Assembly (NCBI GenBank): GCA_045576155.1
Contig: JAZNFV010000016.1
Location: forward strand, 20,654 to 84,653
Source: Tidjanibacter sp.
GTDB lineage: Bacteria > Bacteroidota > Bacteroidia > Bacteroidales > Rikenellaceae
Direction of reading: 5' to 3'
DNA: 64,000 nucleotides
Position numbers and translations under genes: made by a program. This document shows positions 48,155 through 57,436 of the stretch, one piece after another. The notes below the pieces were generated by a model. It saw only the letters and a list, made by a program, of their open reading frames with translations, was not told the DNA's origin and made no database searches. Position 1 is the first letter of the stretch. Each line of letters begins with the position of its first letter.

Positions 48155-49666
48155 TCAATTCTCTTTTTTCTCTATCCAGCGGCCGTCGGCTTTGATGAGG
48201 TCGATGAGGTGGTCGATAGCCTCCTCTTGGGGAATATTGCGCTCAACGAGCGTCTTGCCTCGGTAGAGCGATATGCGGTTGGGCAGGCCGCCCACATAGC
48301 CGTAGTCGGCATCGGCCATCTCGCCTGGGCCATTGACTATACAGCCCATAACGCCAATCTTCAAGCCAACGAGGTGGTCGGTGCGCTCTTTTATGGCTGC
48401 CAAAGTGGTTTCGATGTCGTAGAGGGTGCGGCCACACGAGGGGCAAGCTATATATTCGGTGCGCGAGATGCGTACTCGGGCGGCTTGGAGTATGATGAGG
48501 GCTATCTCGTTGCGCTCCTCCTCGGAGAAGTGGGGGTTGTCGATGCGTATGCCGTCGGCCAGCGAGTCAATCATCATCACACCGAAGTCGGCAGCAGCCT
48601 CAATAGCAAACTGCTCTTTGTTGGCGGTGGTGTAGCGACGATGGAGGATGATGGGCTTGGTGTGACCTCGGCCCACAATTTTGCTCCTCCACTCTTGCAC
48701 CGGGTGGGCGCTGGTGGCCTCAATTAGGATGTAGTCGTCGGGGTTGCTTACCTCACTCCACAGCACTGGTGTACCATAGGGGCGCGGGGTGTACTGGTAG
48801 GCGGAGAAATCCTCCCAGCCGACCTCGTCGAAATGCTCCTCGGGGCGACCTGTAAAGTGGGCCACAAGTTGCTGAGCGGCAGGAATCTCCAACTCGGGAG
48901 CTTCGGTGAGTGACACCCTCACAGTGTCGCCAATGCCGTCGGCCAGCAGTGCGCCAATGCCCACAGCCGACTTTATACGGCCCTCTATGAGGTTGCCTGC
49001 CTCGGTCACACCGAGGTGGATGGGGTAGTCCATCGAGGCCTCGGCCATAGCCTTCGATAGTAGTCGGTAGGCATAGACCATCACGCGCACGTTGCTCGAT
49101 TTGAGCGATACAACAACGTTGTGGAAATCAAGCTGACGGCAACGCTCCAAAAACTCCATTGCCGAGGCGGCCATACCCTCGGGGGTGTCGCCATAGATGT
49201 CGAAGATCTTTTTGGCCAGCGAGCCGTGATTGACACCAATACGCAGAGCCACACCACGCTTGCGACACAGCTCCACAAGCTCCTCAAATCGGCCTCCTCG
49301 GTCGTTGTAGTTGCCGGGGTTGATGCGCACCTTGTCTGCTGTGGTGGCAGCAACGGCGGCCACCGCAGGCACAAAGTGAACGTCGGCCACAAGTGCTACA
49401 TCGGGCCACTTCTGGCGCACAGCTTCGCCTATGGGGCCTAAGGCCAGAGCCTCTTTCTCGTCGCGCGTGGTGAGCCTCACAAGGCGGCCTCCTGCCTCGG
49501 CAATCTGGTCGATTTGTTTGACGCAAGCCTCCACATCGTGGGTGGTGGTGTTGGTCATTGTTTGTACCACAATGGGGGCTGAGCCACCAATGGTGTGGCT
49601 ACCCACTTTCACCTCTCGGGTGGGGCGTCGGGTGTAGGATGTGAGCGAAAAGCAGTAGTGTTTCAT
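48155..49666 (-). CDS. ispG: (E)-4-hydroxy-3-methylbut-2-enyl-diphosphate synthase
   Basis: VQTMTNT, VADVHF, RINPGN, RIGVNHGSL, HLGVTEAG, CPSCGRT, GCIVNGPGE. Confidence 0.97.
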   Translation of the reverse strand: MKHYCFSLTSYTRRPTREVKVGSHTIGGSAPIVVQTMTNTTTHDVEACVKQIDQIAEAGGRLVRLTTRDEKEALALGPIGEAVRQKWPDVALVADVHFVPAVAAVAATTADKVRINPGNYNDRGGRFEELVELCRKRGVALRIGVNHGSLAKKIFDIYGDTPEGMAASAMEFLERCRQLDFHNVVVSLKSSNVRVMVYAYRLLSKAMAEASMDYPIHLGVTEAGNLIEGRIKSAVGIGALLADGIGDTVRVSLTEAPELEIPAAQQLVAHFTGRPEEHFDEVGWEDFSAYQYTPRPYGTPVLWSEVSNPDDYILIEATSAHPVQEWRSKIVGRGHTKPIILHRRYTTANKEQFAIEAAADFGVMMIDSLADGIRIDNPHFSEEERNEIALIILQAARVRISRTEYIACPSCGRTLYDIETTLAAIKERTDHLVGLKIGVMGCIVNGPGEMADADYGYVGGLPNRISLYRGKTLVERNIPQEEAIDHLIDLIKADGRWIEKKEN

Positions 49667-49687
49667 TATTTTTCCTCCAATTTTAGG

Positions 49688-49717
49688 CAAATATACGGCG
49701 AATTTACGTTATCTTTG
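49688..49717. promoter_or_regulatory. Back-to-back -7 elements for divergent ispG and recG
   Basis: caaatata (49688-95, = TATATTTG on -) and tatctttg (49710-17 on +). Confidence 0.6.
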
Positions 49718-49733
49718 CCTTATGCGAGCAGAT

Positions 49734-51836
49734 ATGGACATAAAATTTTTATCGGGAGTGGGCGAAAAGCGTGCTTCGCTCTTGGCTACGGAGCTGGGAA
49801 TACGCACTGTGGCCGACCTTTTGCACTACTACCCCTATCGCTATTTGGATCGCACAAAGGTCTATCGTATAGGCGAAATTACGGAGGAGAATGCCGCCAG
49901 CTTTGTGCAACTGCGCGGGCGCATCGTTGGCAAGGCCTACCTCGGCGAAGGACGCAAACAGCGACTTACAGCCACGCTGGCCGACTCCACAGGCCAGATT
50001 GAGTTGGTGTGGTTTCAGCGCACCTCGTGGGCCGAGAAGCAGATAGAGGTGGGCAGGGAGTATTTGGTCTCGGGCAAGCCTTCGTTCTTCGGCCCAAAGG
50101 CCAATATGGTACATCCCGAGGTGGAGACTGTCGAAAAGTTCCTCTCGCGTGGCAACAACGGTATGCAGGGTGTCTATCGCACCACCGAGCGACTAACCTC
50201 GGTGGGGCTTACCTCCAAAGGACTCTATACACTCCAATGCACCCTCTGGCAGCAGATTAGGGAGCAGATTGTGGAGACCTTGCCCGAGTATGTAATCTCT
50301 CGTTTCGACCTGCTAAGCCGCCGCGATGCTTTGGAGAACATCCACTTCCCCTCGTCGCCTCAGCTTCTAAGCAGAGCTATCTATCGTCTGAAATTTGAAG
50401 AACTATTTGGTGTGCAGCTCGGCATACTCAGCCTGAAAGCGGGGCGCACGACCCACAAAAACGGATTTTTCTTCCCTCGCGTGGGCGACCTCTTCGACGA
50501 CTTCTACCACAACCACATACCCTTCCCACTGACGGGAGCGCAGAAGCGTGTCTTGAAGGAGATTAGGGCCGACCTCACCTCGGGCCATCAGATGAACCGA
50601 TTGTTGCAGGGCGATGTGGGTAGTGGCAAGACGCTTGTGGCACTGATGACAATGTTGCTGGCAGCCGACAATGGCTACCAGTCGTGTATGATGGCCCCAA
50701 CGGAGATTTTGGCACGCCAGCACTACGCCTCCATTGTGCGTATGCTCCAAGGCACAACTGCCGAGGGTCGTGTGGCGGTGCTCACAGGCTCAACGAAGAC
50801 CCGCGAGAGGCGTGACATACTGGCCCGCACACTCTCTGGCGAGATTCTCATCCTCATAGGCACTCACGCCTTGATTGAGGATAGGGTGCAGTTTGAGAAC
50901 TTGGGTATGGTTGTTATCGACGAGCAACACCGCTTTGGCGTGGAGCAGAGGGCTAAGTTGTGGACAAAAAATTCGCAGCCGCCCCACATCTTGGTTATGA
51001 CCGCAACGCCCATACCACGCACTCTGGCAATGACCCTCTATGGCGACTTGGATGTGTCGGTAATAGACGAGATGCCCGCAGGGCGCAAACCCATAAAGAC
51101 CTACCACCTCAAAGAGGCTCTAAGGCTTCGACTACACGGATTTATGAAGAGCGAGATTGCCAAAGGCAGGCAGATTTATGTGGTCTATCCGCTCATAAAG
51201 GAGTCGGAGGCGCTCGACTATCAGAATCTCTACGACGGCTTCGACCACATCATCCAAGCCTTCCCCCTGCCCGAGTATAAGGTGGGGGCAATACACGGCA
51301 AGATGGCCCCCGAGGATAAGGCCGAGGCTATGAAGCTCTTTGCCGAGGGAGTGAACAACATATTGGTGGCTACGAGCGTTATAGAGGTGGGAGTAGATGT
51401 ACCCAACGCCTCGGTAATAGTCATAGAGAGTGCCGAGCGATTTGGCCTCTCGCAGCTCCACCAACTGCGTGGCAGGGTGGGACGTGGTAGCGAGCAGAGC
51501 TACTGCATACTGATGAGTGGCGACAACCTCTCGCGCGATGCCGAAGCAAGGCTCTCGGCAATGGTCGAGACCAACGACGGATTCCAACTCTCGGAGTTGG
51601 ATTTGAAACTGCGTGGCGCAGGCGACGTGAACGGCACTCGTCAGTCGGGCGAGGCTTTGGAGTTGCAGATAGCCTCGCTCTCAACCGACGGACAGATTCT
51701 CGAACACGCACGAGTTATTGCCAGCCACATCTTGGAACGCGACCCACAACTGAGCAAACCCGAAAATCGCCTCCTTCTGGCACTCAAACAACGGTATAAA
51801 GCCCCCAACAGCATCGACTATGGGATGATTTCCTGA
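49734..51836 (+). CDS. recG: ATP-dependent DNA helicase RecG
   Basis: QGDVGSGKT, DEQHRFGV, MTATPIPR, QLRGRVGRG. ATG 49734 preferred because 49722 abuts the -7 element. Confidence 0.97.
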   Translation: MDIKFLSGVGEKRASLLATELGIRTVADLLHYYPYRYLDRTKVYRIGEITEENAASFVQLRGRIVGKAYLGEGRKQRLTATLADSTGQIELVWFQRTSWAEKQIEVGREYLVSGKPSFFGPKANMVHPEVETVEKFLSRGNNGMQGVYRTTERLTSVGLTSKGLYTLQCTLWQQIREQIVETLPEYVISRFDLLSRRDALENIHFPSSPQLLSRAIYRLKFEELFGVQLGILSLKAGRTTHKNGFFFPRVGDLFDDFYHNHIPFPLTGAQKRVLKEIRADLTSGHQMNRLLQGDVGSGKTLVALMTMLLAADNGYQSCMMAPTEILARQHYASIVRMLQGTTAEGRVAVLTGSTKTRERRDILARTLSGEILILIGTHALIEDRVQFENLGMVVIDEQHRFGVEQRAKLWTKNSQPPHILVMTATPIPRTLAMTLYGDLDVSVIDEMPAGRKPIKTYHLKEALRLRLHGFMKSEIAKGRQIYVVYPLIKESEALDYQNLYDGFDHIIQAFPLPEYKVGAIHGKMAPEDKAEAMKLFAEGVNNILVATSVIEVGVDVPNASVIVIESAERFGLSQLHQLRGRVGRGSEQSYCILMSGDNLSRDAEARLSAMVETNDGFQLSELDLKLRGAGDVNGTRQSGEALELQIASLSTDGQILEHARVIASHILERDPQLSKPENRLLLALKQRYKAPNSIDYGMIS

Positions 51837-51906
51837 AAATGCACTATATTTGCAGGGCAAAAGAGCAACATAATCATTTCCGACAACAAACATTTTACTG
51901 TGAGAT

Positions 51907-52983
51907 ATGGCAAAAATTAGTATCAACGACCTTTATAGCCGAGGCGATAGCTCCTACGAGCAGGAGAGCACCCCCACCTTCGTGCCCCCAACGCCCACTC
52001 CCTCCGACGACGACAATGAGGCCAACGACGACGAGCCTACTGCCGAACCCGAGGAAGAACCCACCGAGGAGGAGCAGGGCAATGATGGCGGCGGAGGCCC
52101 TTCGGATGGCGACCTGCAAAAAACCCTCAAAGGCTACCGCATCATTATCATAGCCCTTGTGGCAGTATTGGCCCTTCTGACCTTTCAGCACTTCCGCGTC
52201 ACCTCCGACATCAAGCGTGAGTGGGCTATCGAGCGCGATACACTCAACAACCAGATTGGCGGACTCATCACCGAGATAGACCAGATAAACCTCCGCAACG
52301 ACTCGGTTAGCAACGAGCTTAGGGCTCATATTGCCGTTGAGCGCGATAGGGCCGACTCGCTTATGACCCGTCTTAGGAAGGAGCGCAACCTGAATCGTGA
52401 GAAATTGCGTAAGTATGAGAAGGAGCTGGGCACACTGCGTACAATTATGCGTCGCTATGTCCACCAAATCGACTCGCTCAATACGCTCAACAAACGCCTT
52501 GCAACCGAAAATGTCACCATCCGCAAGAAGGTGGCCGAGGAGACCTCGCGTGCCAACATTGCCGAGGAGAGGGCACAGGAGATGGCCGACAAGATTAAGC
52601 TCGGCTCTATCGTCAAGGCCCGCAACATCTCACTCGGGGCTTATAATACGGGCGGCTCAAATGTTACCCGAGCCTCGCGTGCATCGAAGTTCCGCACCGA
52701 CCTCACACTTACGGCCAACGAGCTGACCATACCCGGCACTCGCAATATTTACGTGCGCATCTTGGGCCCCGATGGAGCAGTGCTCTCGGGTGGTGCCGAC
52801 TGCATTATGGAGTTTGAGGGCGATATGATTAGCTACTCGGCCGAGCGAGAGGTGGATTACGACAACAAAGACCTCGATGTGAGCATCTTCTTCAACTATG
52901 CCGATATGACCGCAGGTGTCTATAAGGTTGAGATTTATATGGACGGCTACCTGATTGGCGAGAGCGAATTGGCCCTGAGGTAA
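51907..52983 (+). CDS. Single-pass membrane protein: acidic N-terminus, long coiled coil, beta-rich C-terminal domain
   Basis: D/E/P-rich N-terminus, hydrophobic IIIIALVAVLALL, heptad region; TATATTTG at 51845-52. Confidence 0.75.
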   Translation: MAKISINDLYSRGDSSYEQESTPTFVPPTPTPSDDDNEANDDEPTAEPEEEPTEEEQGNDGGGGPSDGDLQKTLKGYRIIIIALVAVLALLTFQHFRVTSDIKREWAIERDTLNNQIGGLITEIDQINLRNDSVSNELRAHIAVERDRADSLMTRLRKERNLNREKLRKYEKELGTLRTIMRRYVHQIDSLNTLNKRLATENVTIRKKVAEETSRANIAEERAQEMADKIKLGSIVKARNISLGAYNTGGSNVTRASRASKFRTDLTLTANELTIPGTRNIYVRILGPDGAVLSGGADCIMEFEGDMISYSAEREVDYDNKDLDVSIFFNYADMTAGVYKVEIYMDGYLIGESELALR

Positions 52984-53025
52984 AACTCCACCGCCAACCA
53001 AAATGAACAGATTAAAAACATTGTT

Positions 53026-53634
53026 ATGAAAACCGAAAATAAACAGATAAAGAGCTGGGTGCTGTGGGCCATAGTTGTGGGCCTTGTGGTTATTGACCAG
53101 ATAGTCAAACTCTCCGTCAAGACCACAATGACACTCGGCGAGAGCCACGATGTGCTGGGACGTTGGTTTCGCTGGTGCTTTGTTGAGAACGAGGGCGCTG
53201 CGTGGGGTATGAGCCTCGGTGGCGACTACGGCAAACTCATCCTGAGCCTCTTCCGCATTGTGGCTATTGGCGCACTGGTGTGGTTTGTGGGCCACCTGCG
53301 TCGCAAGGGCGCACCCCGAGGCGTGATTGTGGGCTTTGCCTTGGTGCTGGCCGGAGCTATTGGCAATATGGTCGATAGCGCCTTCTATGGACTTATTTTC
53401 AGCGAATCGACCTTCACGTCGGTGGCCGAATTAGTCCCCTTTGGCGAGGGCTATGCCCCCTTCCTCTATGGCAAGGTTGTCGATATGCTCTACTTCCCAC
53501 TATTCTACTGGCCCGACTGGATGCCCCTCATCGGAGGCAACCTCTTCTTCTCGCCCGTATTCAACTTCGCCGATAGCTATATTACTATTGCGGTGTTTTA
53601 TTTGATTATATTCCACTGGAAATACTTCAAATAA
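53026..53634 (+). CDS. lspA: Lipoprotein signal peptidase
   Basis: DQIVK, NEGAAWG, GAIGNMVD, FNFADS. Confidence 0.95.
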   Translation: MKTENKQIKSWVLWAIVVGLVVIDQIVKLSVKTTMTLGESHDVLGRWFRWCFVENEGAAWGMSLGGDYGKLILSLFRIVAIGALVWFVGHLRRKGAPRGVIVGFALVLAGAIGNMVDSAFYGLIFSESTFTSVAELVPFGEGYAPFLYGKVVDMLYFPLFYWPDWMPLIGGNLFFSPVFNFADSYITIAVFYLIIFHWKYFK

Positions 53635-53635
53635 T

Positions 53636-54314
53636 CCGAGCGCATCTTGCGGGCGACTACTGCGTTGCCCTACGATAAACCACCTCCTCATTTACGCTTA
53701 GTAAACTCGGAGGTGGTTTTCTTGTGCGCCTTGTATTCATCCCGCAATATGCACTCGTTTCGAGCGCGCCTTGTGGGCGTTTTTCGTACCAAACTTGGAT
53801 AGGTGGCATCCTCATTTACGTTCAGTAAACTGCGGAGCCACCTTCTTGTTTGGCACGAAACTCGCCTCACAAATCGCACTCGACCCTCTCCCGACCCAAT
53901 GGGTTGCAGTTTCCTCATCTTCGCAAGCCTTGCACTCGCAGGACAAGTCCTGTTTTGTGATGGCGCAGGACAGACCTCACCCCTGCTCCACAACCACTCC
54001 TCCCCTGACAGGGGAGGAGTGGTTGTGGAGCGAAATACGCCCTTGTGACCCTTGTAACCCTTGTAACCCTTGTAACCCTTGTGACCCCTGCTACCCCTGT
54101 AAAAAACTCGGGTATCTTTTTTAATACCCGAGTTTTATTAAGCCTTAGGTCTTTCGACGTTGGACCTTAGACGTTGGACACACAGCCGTAACCGAGTGCA
54201 TCTTGCGGGATGAATACAAGGCGCACAAGAAAATCCCCTCCGAGTTTACTAAGCGTAAATGAGGAGGGGATTTATCGCAGGGCAACGCAGTAGTCGCCCG
54301 CAAGATGCGCTCGG
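53636..54314. repeat. MITE-like / REP-doublet element bounded by a 122-bp inverted repeat
   Basis: 53636-53757 versus the reverse complement of 54193-54314: 116/122 identical by hand alignment; no credible internal coding capacity. Confidence 0.85.
54036..54190. repeat. Modular hairpin-minisatellite element, copy 6 (nested in the inverted repeat)
   Basis: (cccttgtaa)n, core aaaactcgggtat-ctttttta-atacccgagtttt (54103-54136), gccttagg..gacgttg, cacagcc. Confidence 0.88.
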
Positions 54315-54470
54315 GGCAAAATTCGGGGTGGAGCTATCCTCACAACAACCCCACCCCTCCCTTCATCAACTACACAAAAGCCTTCTGAAAAGCTTTTATC
54401 GGCGGTCTTTCGCCCTCGCACAAAGGGGATTCGAGGGGAAAGCCTATATCGGTTGCGCCAGCTCTGGGCG

Positions 54471-55304
54471 CTACAAATTCTTCAACGCATCGGCAAGGCG
54501 TACAACATTGCGCGTCATCGGCACAACAACTACACCATTCTCATCCAACAGCCACATAGCCGGGCTGGCCGAGGTGTCGAAATGGCACTCCTCCAACAAG
54601 CCTCGTGGAGCACAAAAGACGCTCCATCCGAGCGGGCTCTTCTGGTCGTCGAGCGGAGCAATGCTCTCGGGCGACTGACCCACAGCCACAAGCACCCATT
54701 CGAGTACTCCATTCTGCTGGGCCTTACGAAGCGGCTCGCACTCCTCAACACTCTGCATCATATCGACGCACGAAGGGCAGGTTGTATCAATCATCATCAG
54801 CAGCGTTGGTCGGGCAAGGTAGTCGCCTATGGCAACACTCTCGCCCCTGCGGTTAGTAAGCGCAAACTCCTCCACCCTCTGGCCCACATCGTTGTGGTTG
54901 ATGTAGCCCAAATGTTGGCCCACATAGCTCTTGTCCTCCTCGGGTATGGACTCGCTCCTATTGAGGGCCACAAGCCACTTGCGGTAGATGAGTTGGTTGC
55001 GCTGGGGTGAGCCAATGCCATAGAGGTAGTTGGTGGCCCACTCGCCCACAACAAGGCTCAGCACCCTATCGCTCTCCAACACCTCCACAAGAGCCTCTAT
55101 GGAGGCATCCTGTGCCTGAGGTTCGGCCTTAGCCACCAGCTCAGTCCACTTGCAGAATCGTTGTTCGGCCACCTCCACGTCGGCCACAACACTCTCCAAA
55201 GAGAGCCCGTCCCAGTAGCCATCGAGCGACACCTCCGATGAGATGCAGCCAACCAAGCCGACAATGGAGGCCAAGAGGATTAAGCGAGCAACAAAGGGTT
55301 TCAT
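54471..55304 (-). CDS. DUF5106-like / thioredoxin-fold (CxxC) lipoprotein
   Basis: Lipobox LVG-C; YLY..GSP.RN; DTTCPSC; PAMWLLDENG. Confidence 0.65.
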   Translation of the reverse strand: MKPFVARLILLASIVGLVGCISSEVSLDGYWDGLSLESVVADVEVAEQRFCKWTELVAKAEPQAQDASIEALVEVLESDRVLSLVVGEWATNYLYGIGSPQRNQLIYRKWLVALNRSESIPEEDKSYVGQHLGYINHNDVGQRVEEFALTNRRGESVAIGDYLARPTLLMMIDTTCPSCVDMMQSVEECEPLRKAQQNGVLEWVLVAVGQSPESIAPLDDQKSPLGWSVFCAPRGLLEECHFDTSASPAMWLLDENGVVVVPMTRNVVRLADALKNL

Positions 55305-55320
55305 AGGGCCTCTAACGGAG

Positions 55321-56475
55321 CTATTTGATGTAATCTGATATGAGTTTGGATAGTTCGTAGTTCTCAATCAGGCCGTCGAACTTCTCTGCGCCAGCGCCAT
55401 AGGCAAAGTAGGGCACGAGGATACCATTGTGGCCGCCATTGGCGAAGCCCACCTCCACAGCACCCGTTGCAATATCGCCCCAGAGGAGGGTCATTGCGCC
55501 AGTGGAGTGGTCGGCTGTTACTACAACCAAAGTTTCGCCATCCTGCTCGGCCCAGCTGAGCACGTCGCCCACAACGCGGTCGAAGTCGAGAATCTCCTCA
55601 ACGGCTGCATCCACCCTATTGGCGTGCAACCAGTCGTCGATACACGATCCCTCGACCATAAGGAAGAAGCCCTCCTTGTTGTCGTTACTGAGCATATCGA
55701 GGCTCTTTGTGACCATATTGCGGAAGTCGTCGCCACGCTCGCCACTAAGCGCCGAAGGCATCTCCAAAGGGGCTACAACAGCAGCCACAGGAAGCTCGTC
55801 TGCCTCCATAAGTCCCTCGACACTCTCGTAGGTGTGGTAGCCCTTCTGGCCAATCTCGGCAAAGATGTCGCGACCATCGGTGCGCTTGGTGCACCAGTAG
55901 TCCATACCGCCACCTGCAATAAAATCGACACCCGAAGTGAGGTAGTCGGCAGTAATCTCCTCGGCCTCATCCCTGTCGGGATTGTTGCAGCAGAATGTGG
56001 CGGGGGTTGCGTCGTTCAAGCGGCACACCACAACCACACCGGTGCGTTTGCCTGCCTGCTGTGCCAAGTCCATCATAGAGTCCAACTCCTCGCCATTGGG
56101 GCGAGTGGCAACCATACCTTTGTTGGTCTTTTCGCCCGTAGCGAGCGCTGTGCCTGCCGCAGCCGAGTCGGTAACAACCCAGTCGAGGCAGTAGGTCTTC
56201 TGCAAGCCCACATAGGGCATCTGCACCATATTGAGTGCGCCACGATTGGCCACCCACGCAGTGGACACCTGCTCAACGCCCATACCGTCGCCAATCATAA
56301 AGACGATATTCTTGGGTGTGAGTCCCTCGGCGGGCTGTTCAACACTCACAGGGGTGTAGGGTTTGGGGCAGGTGTATTCGGTCACACCGCCCTCAACATA
56401 GGCTTTGCGAGGCTCCGAGTTGCAGCATCCTGCAAGGAGCATTGCGCAGGCGAGTACTACTATCGCTTTTTTCAT
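55321..56475 (-). CDS. Alkaline phosphatase lipoprotein
   Basis: FMIGDGMG, VTDSAAAGTALATG (catalytic Ser), DATPA, FFLMVEG, VTADH. Confidence 0.93.
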   Translation of the reverse strand: MKKAIVVLACAMLLAGCCNSEPRKAYVEGGVTEYTCPKPYTPVSVEQPAEGLTPKNIVFMIGDGMGVEQVSTAWVANRGALNMVQMPYVGLQKTYCLDWVVTDSAAAGTALATGEKTNKGMVATRPNGEELDSMMDLAQQAGKRTGVVVVCRLNDATPATFCCNNPDRDEAEEITADYLTSGVDFIAGGGMDYWCTKRTDGRDIFAEIGQKGYHTYESVEGLMEADELPVAAVVAPLEMPSALSGERGDDFRNMVTKSLDMLSNDNKEGFFLMVEGSCIDDWLHANRVDAAVEEILDFDRVVGDVLSWAEQDGETLVVVTADHSTGAMTLLWGDIATGAVEVGFANGGHNGILVPYFAYGAGAEKFDGLIENYELSKLISDYIK

Positions 56476-56500
56476 TTTTTGTCGTATTCTAAATTTAACT

Positions 56501-57391
56501 CTATTTCTCATCCTTAGGCTTGGGTTCGAGCGAGAGGGCAACAATAGCCACCGTTGCCAACACCAAACCGATAGCCAACATTGGGCCGGGAATCTTGCCG
56601 TAGAGCACCAGCGAGATGATGATAGTAACTACGGGTGCTAAGCCCTGCATAGGCGACACGATGATAGCCTTGCCATAGCGGTAGGCGTAGTTGATAGTCA
56701 GCGCGCCCACAGCATTGAGGAACTGGATGCCAAAGACCATCCAGAACACCTTGCTCTCAATCAGGATAGCATCCCAACCGCCCTCGGTCATAAGCAAAGC
56801 AACGGGGATGAGCACCAACGACCACACAGTTTGGTAGAAATAGACACTCTCGGAGGGCATCCTATCGTTGGCAAACTTGAAGAAGTAGCCCTGCACACCC
56901 CACATAAGGAATACCAGAGTGGCCAAAACGAGCCAGCCGTAGCCCTTGATGTTGGTGTCGGTGGGGTCTTGCCACGAGAGGAAGAAAATTGCCACCAGAG
57001 CCACAACAATACCAATCCACTGAGTCCTGTTGGCCTTCTCTTTGAGGAAAATCATACTCATCAGGATAGTCACAATAGGCGACATCGAGATGAAGGGGAA
57101 GACAATGTAGGCGGGGCCCTCTTTCAGCGCAGCAAACAGCAGCAGCTGACCGCCCGAGCCGAGCAGACCAACAAGTGCGCCCGAAATGAGGCTCTTGCGG
57201 TCACACACAACCTTCCAGCCCGAAAGCCACAGGGCAACAATCATACAGGGAATCATCGACAAAGCCCACACAACATAGACCATTGTCGAGGGGCAGCCGG
57301 GCACTTCGCTAAAAGCGCCCCATACGCCCCAAGTCACAAGGGTGATGATGGCATACATCAACCACCCCTTCTTACCATTATTTTGGCTCAT
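56501..57391 (-). CDS. EamA/DMT family transporter
   Basis: Ten hydrophobic segments in two repeats; IVFPFISMSPIVT and IVSPMQGLAPVVT. Confidence 0.88.
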   Translation of the reverse strand: MSQNNGKKGWLMYAIITLVTWGVWGAFSEVPGCPSTMVYVVWALSMIPCMIVALWLSGWKVVCDRKSLISGALVGLLGSGGQLLLFAALKEGPAYIVFPFISMSPIVTILMSMIFLKEKANRTQWIGIVVALVAIFFLSWQDPTDTNIKGYGWLVLATLVFLMWGVQGYFFKFANDRMPSESVYFYQTVWSLVLIPVALLMTEGGWDAILIESKVFWMVFGIQFLNAVGALTINYAYRYGKAIIVSPMQGLAPVVTIIISLVLYGKIPGPMLAIGLVLATVAIVALSLEPKPKDEK

Positions 57392-57436
57392 AATTGCTTA
57401 CAACATAAAAGTTCTACTCTCACACGCTCTCTCCGC

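Noticed and set aside
16811-54190. Recurring palindromic repeats as a possible CRISPR array
   Set aside because: Dispersed singletons with no repeat-spacer periodicity and no cas genes.
53636-54470. Autonomous IS element
   Set aside because: No transposase ORF and no clear target-site duplication; the short ORFs here are not credible.
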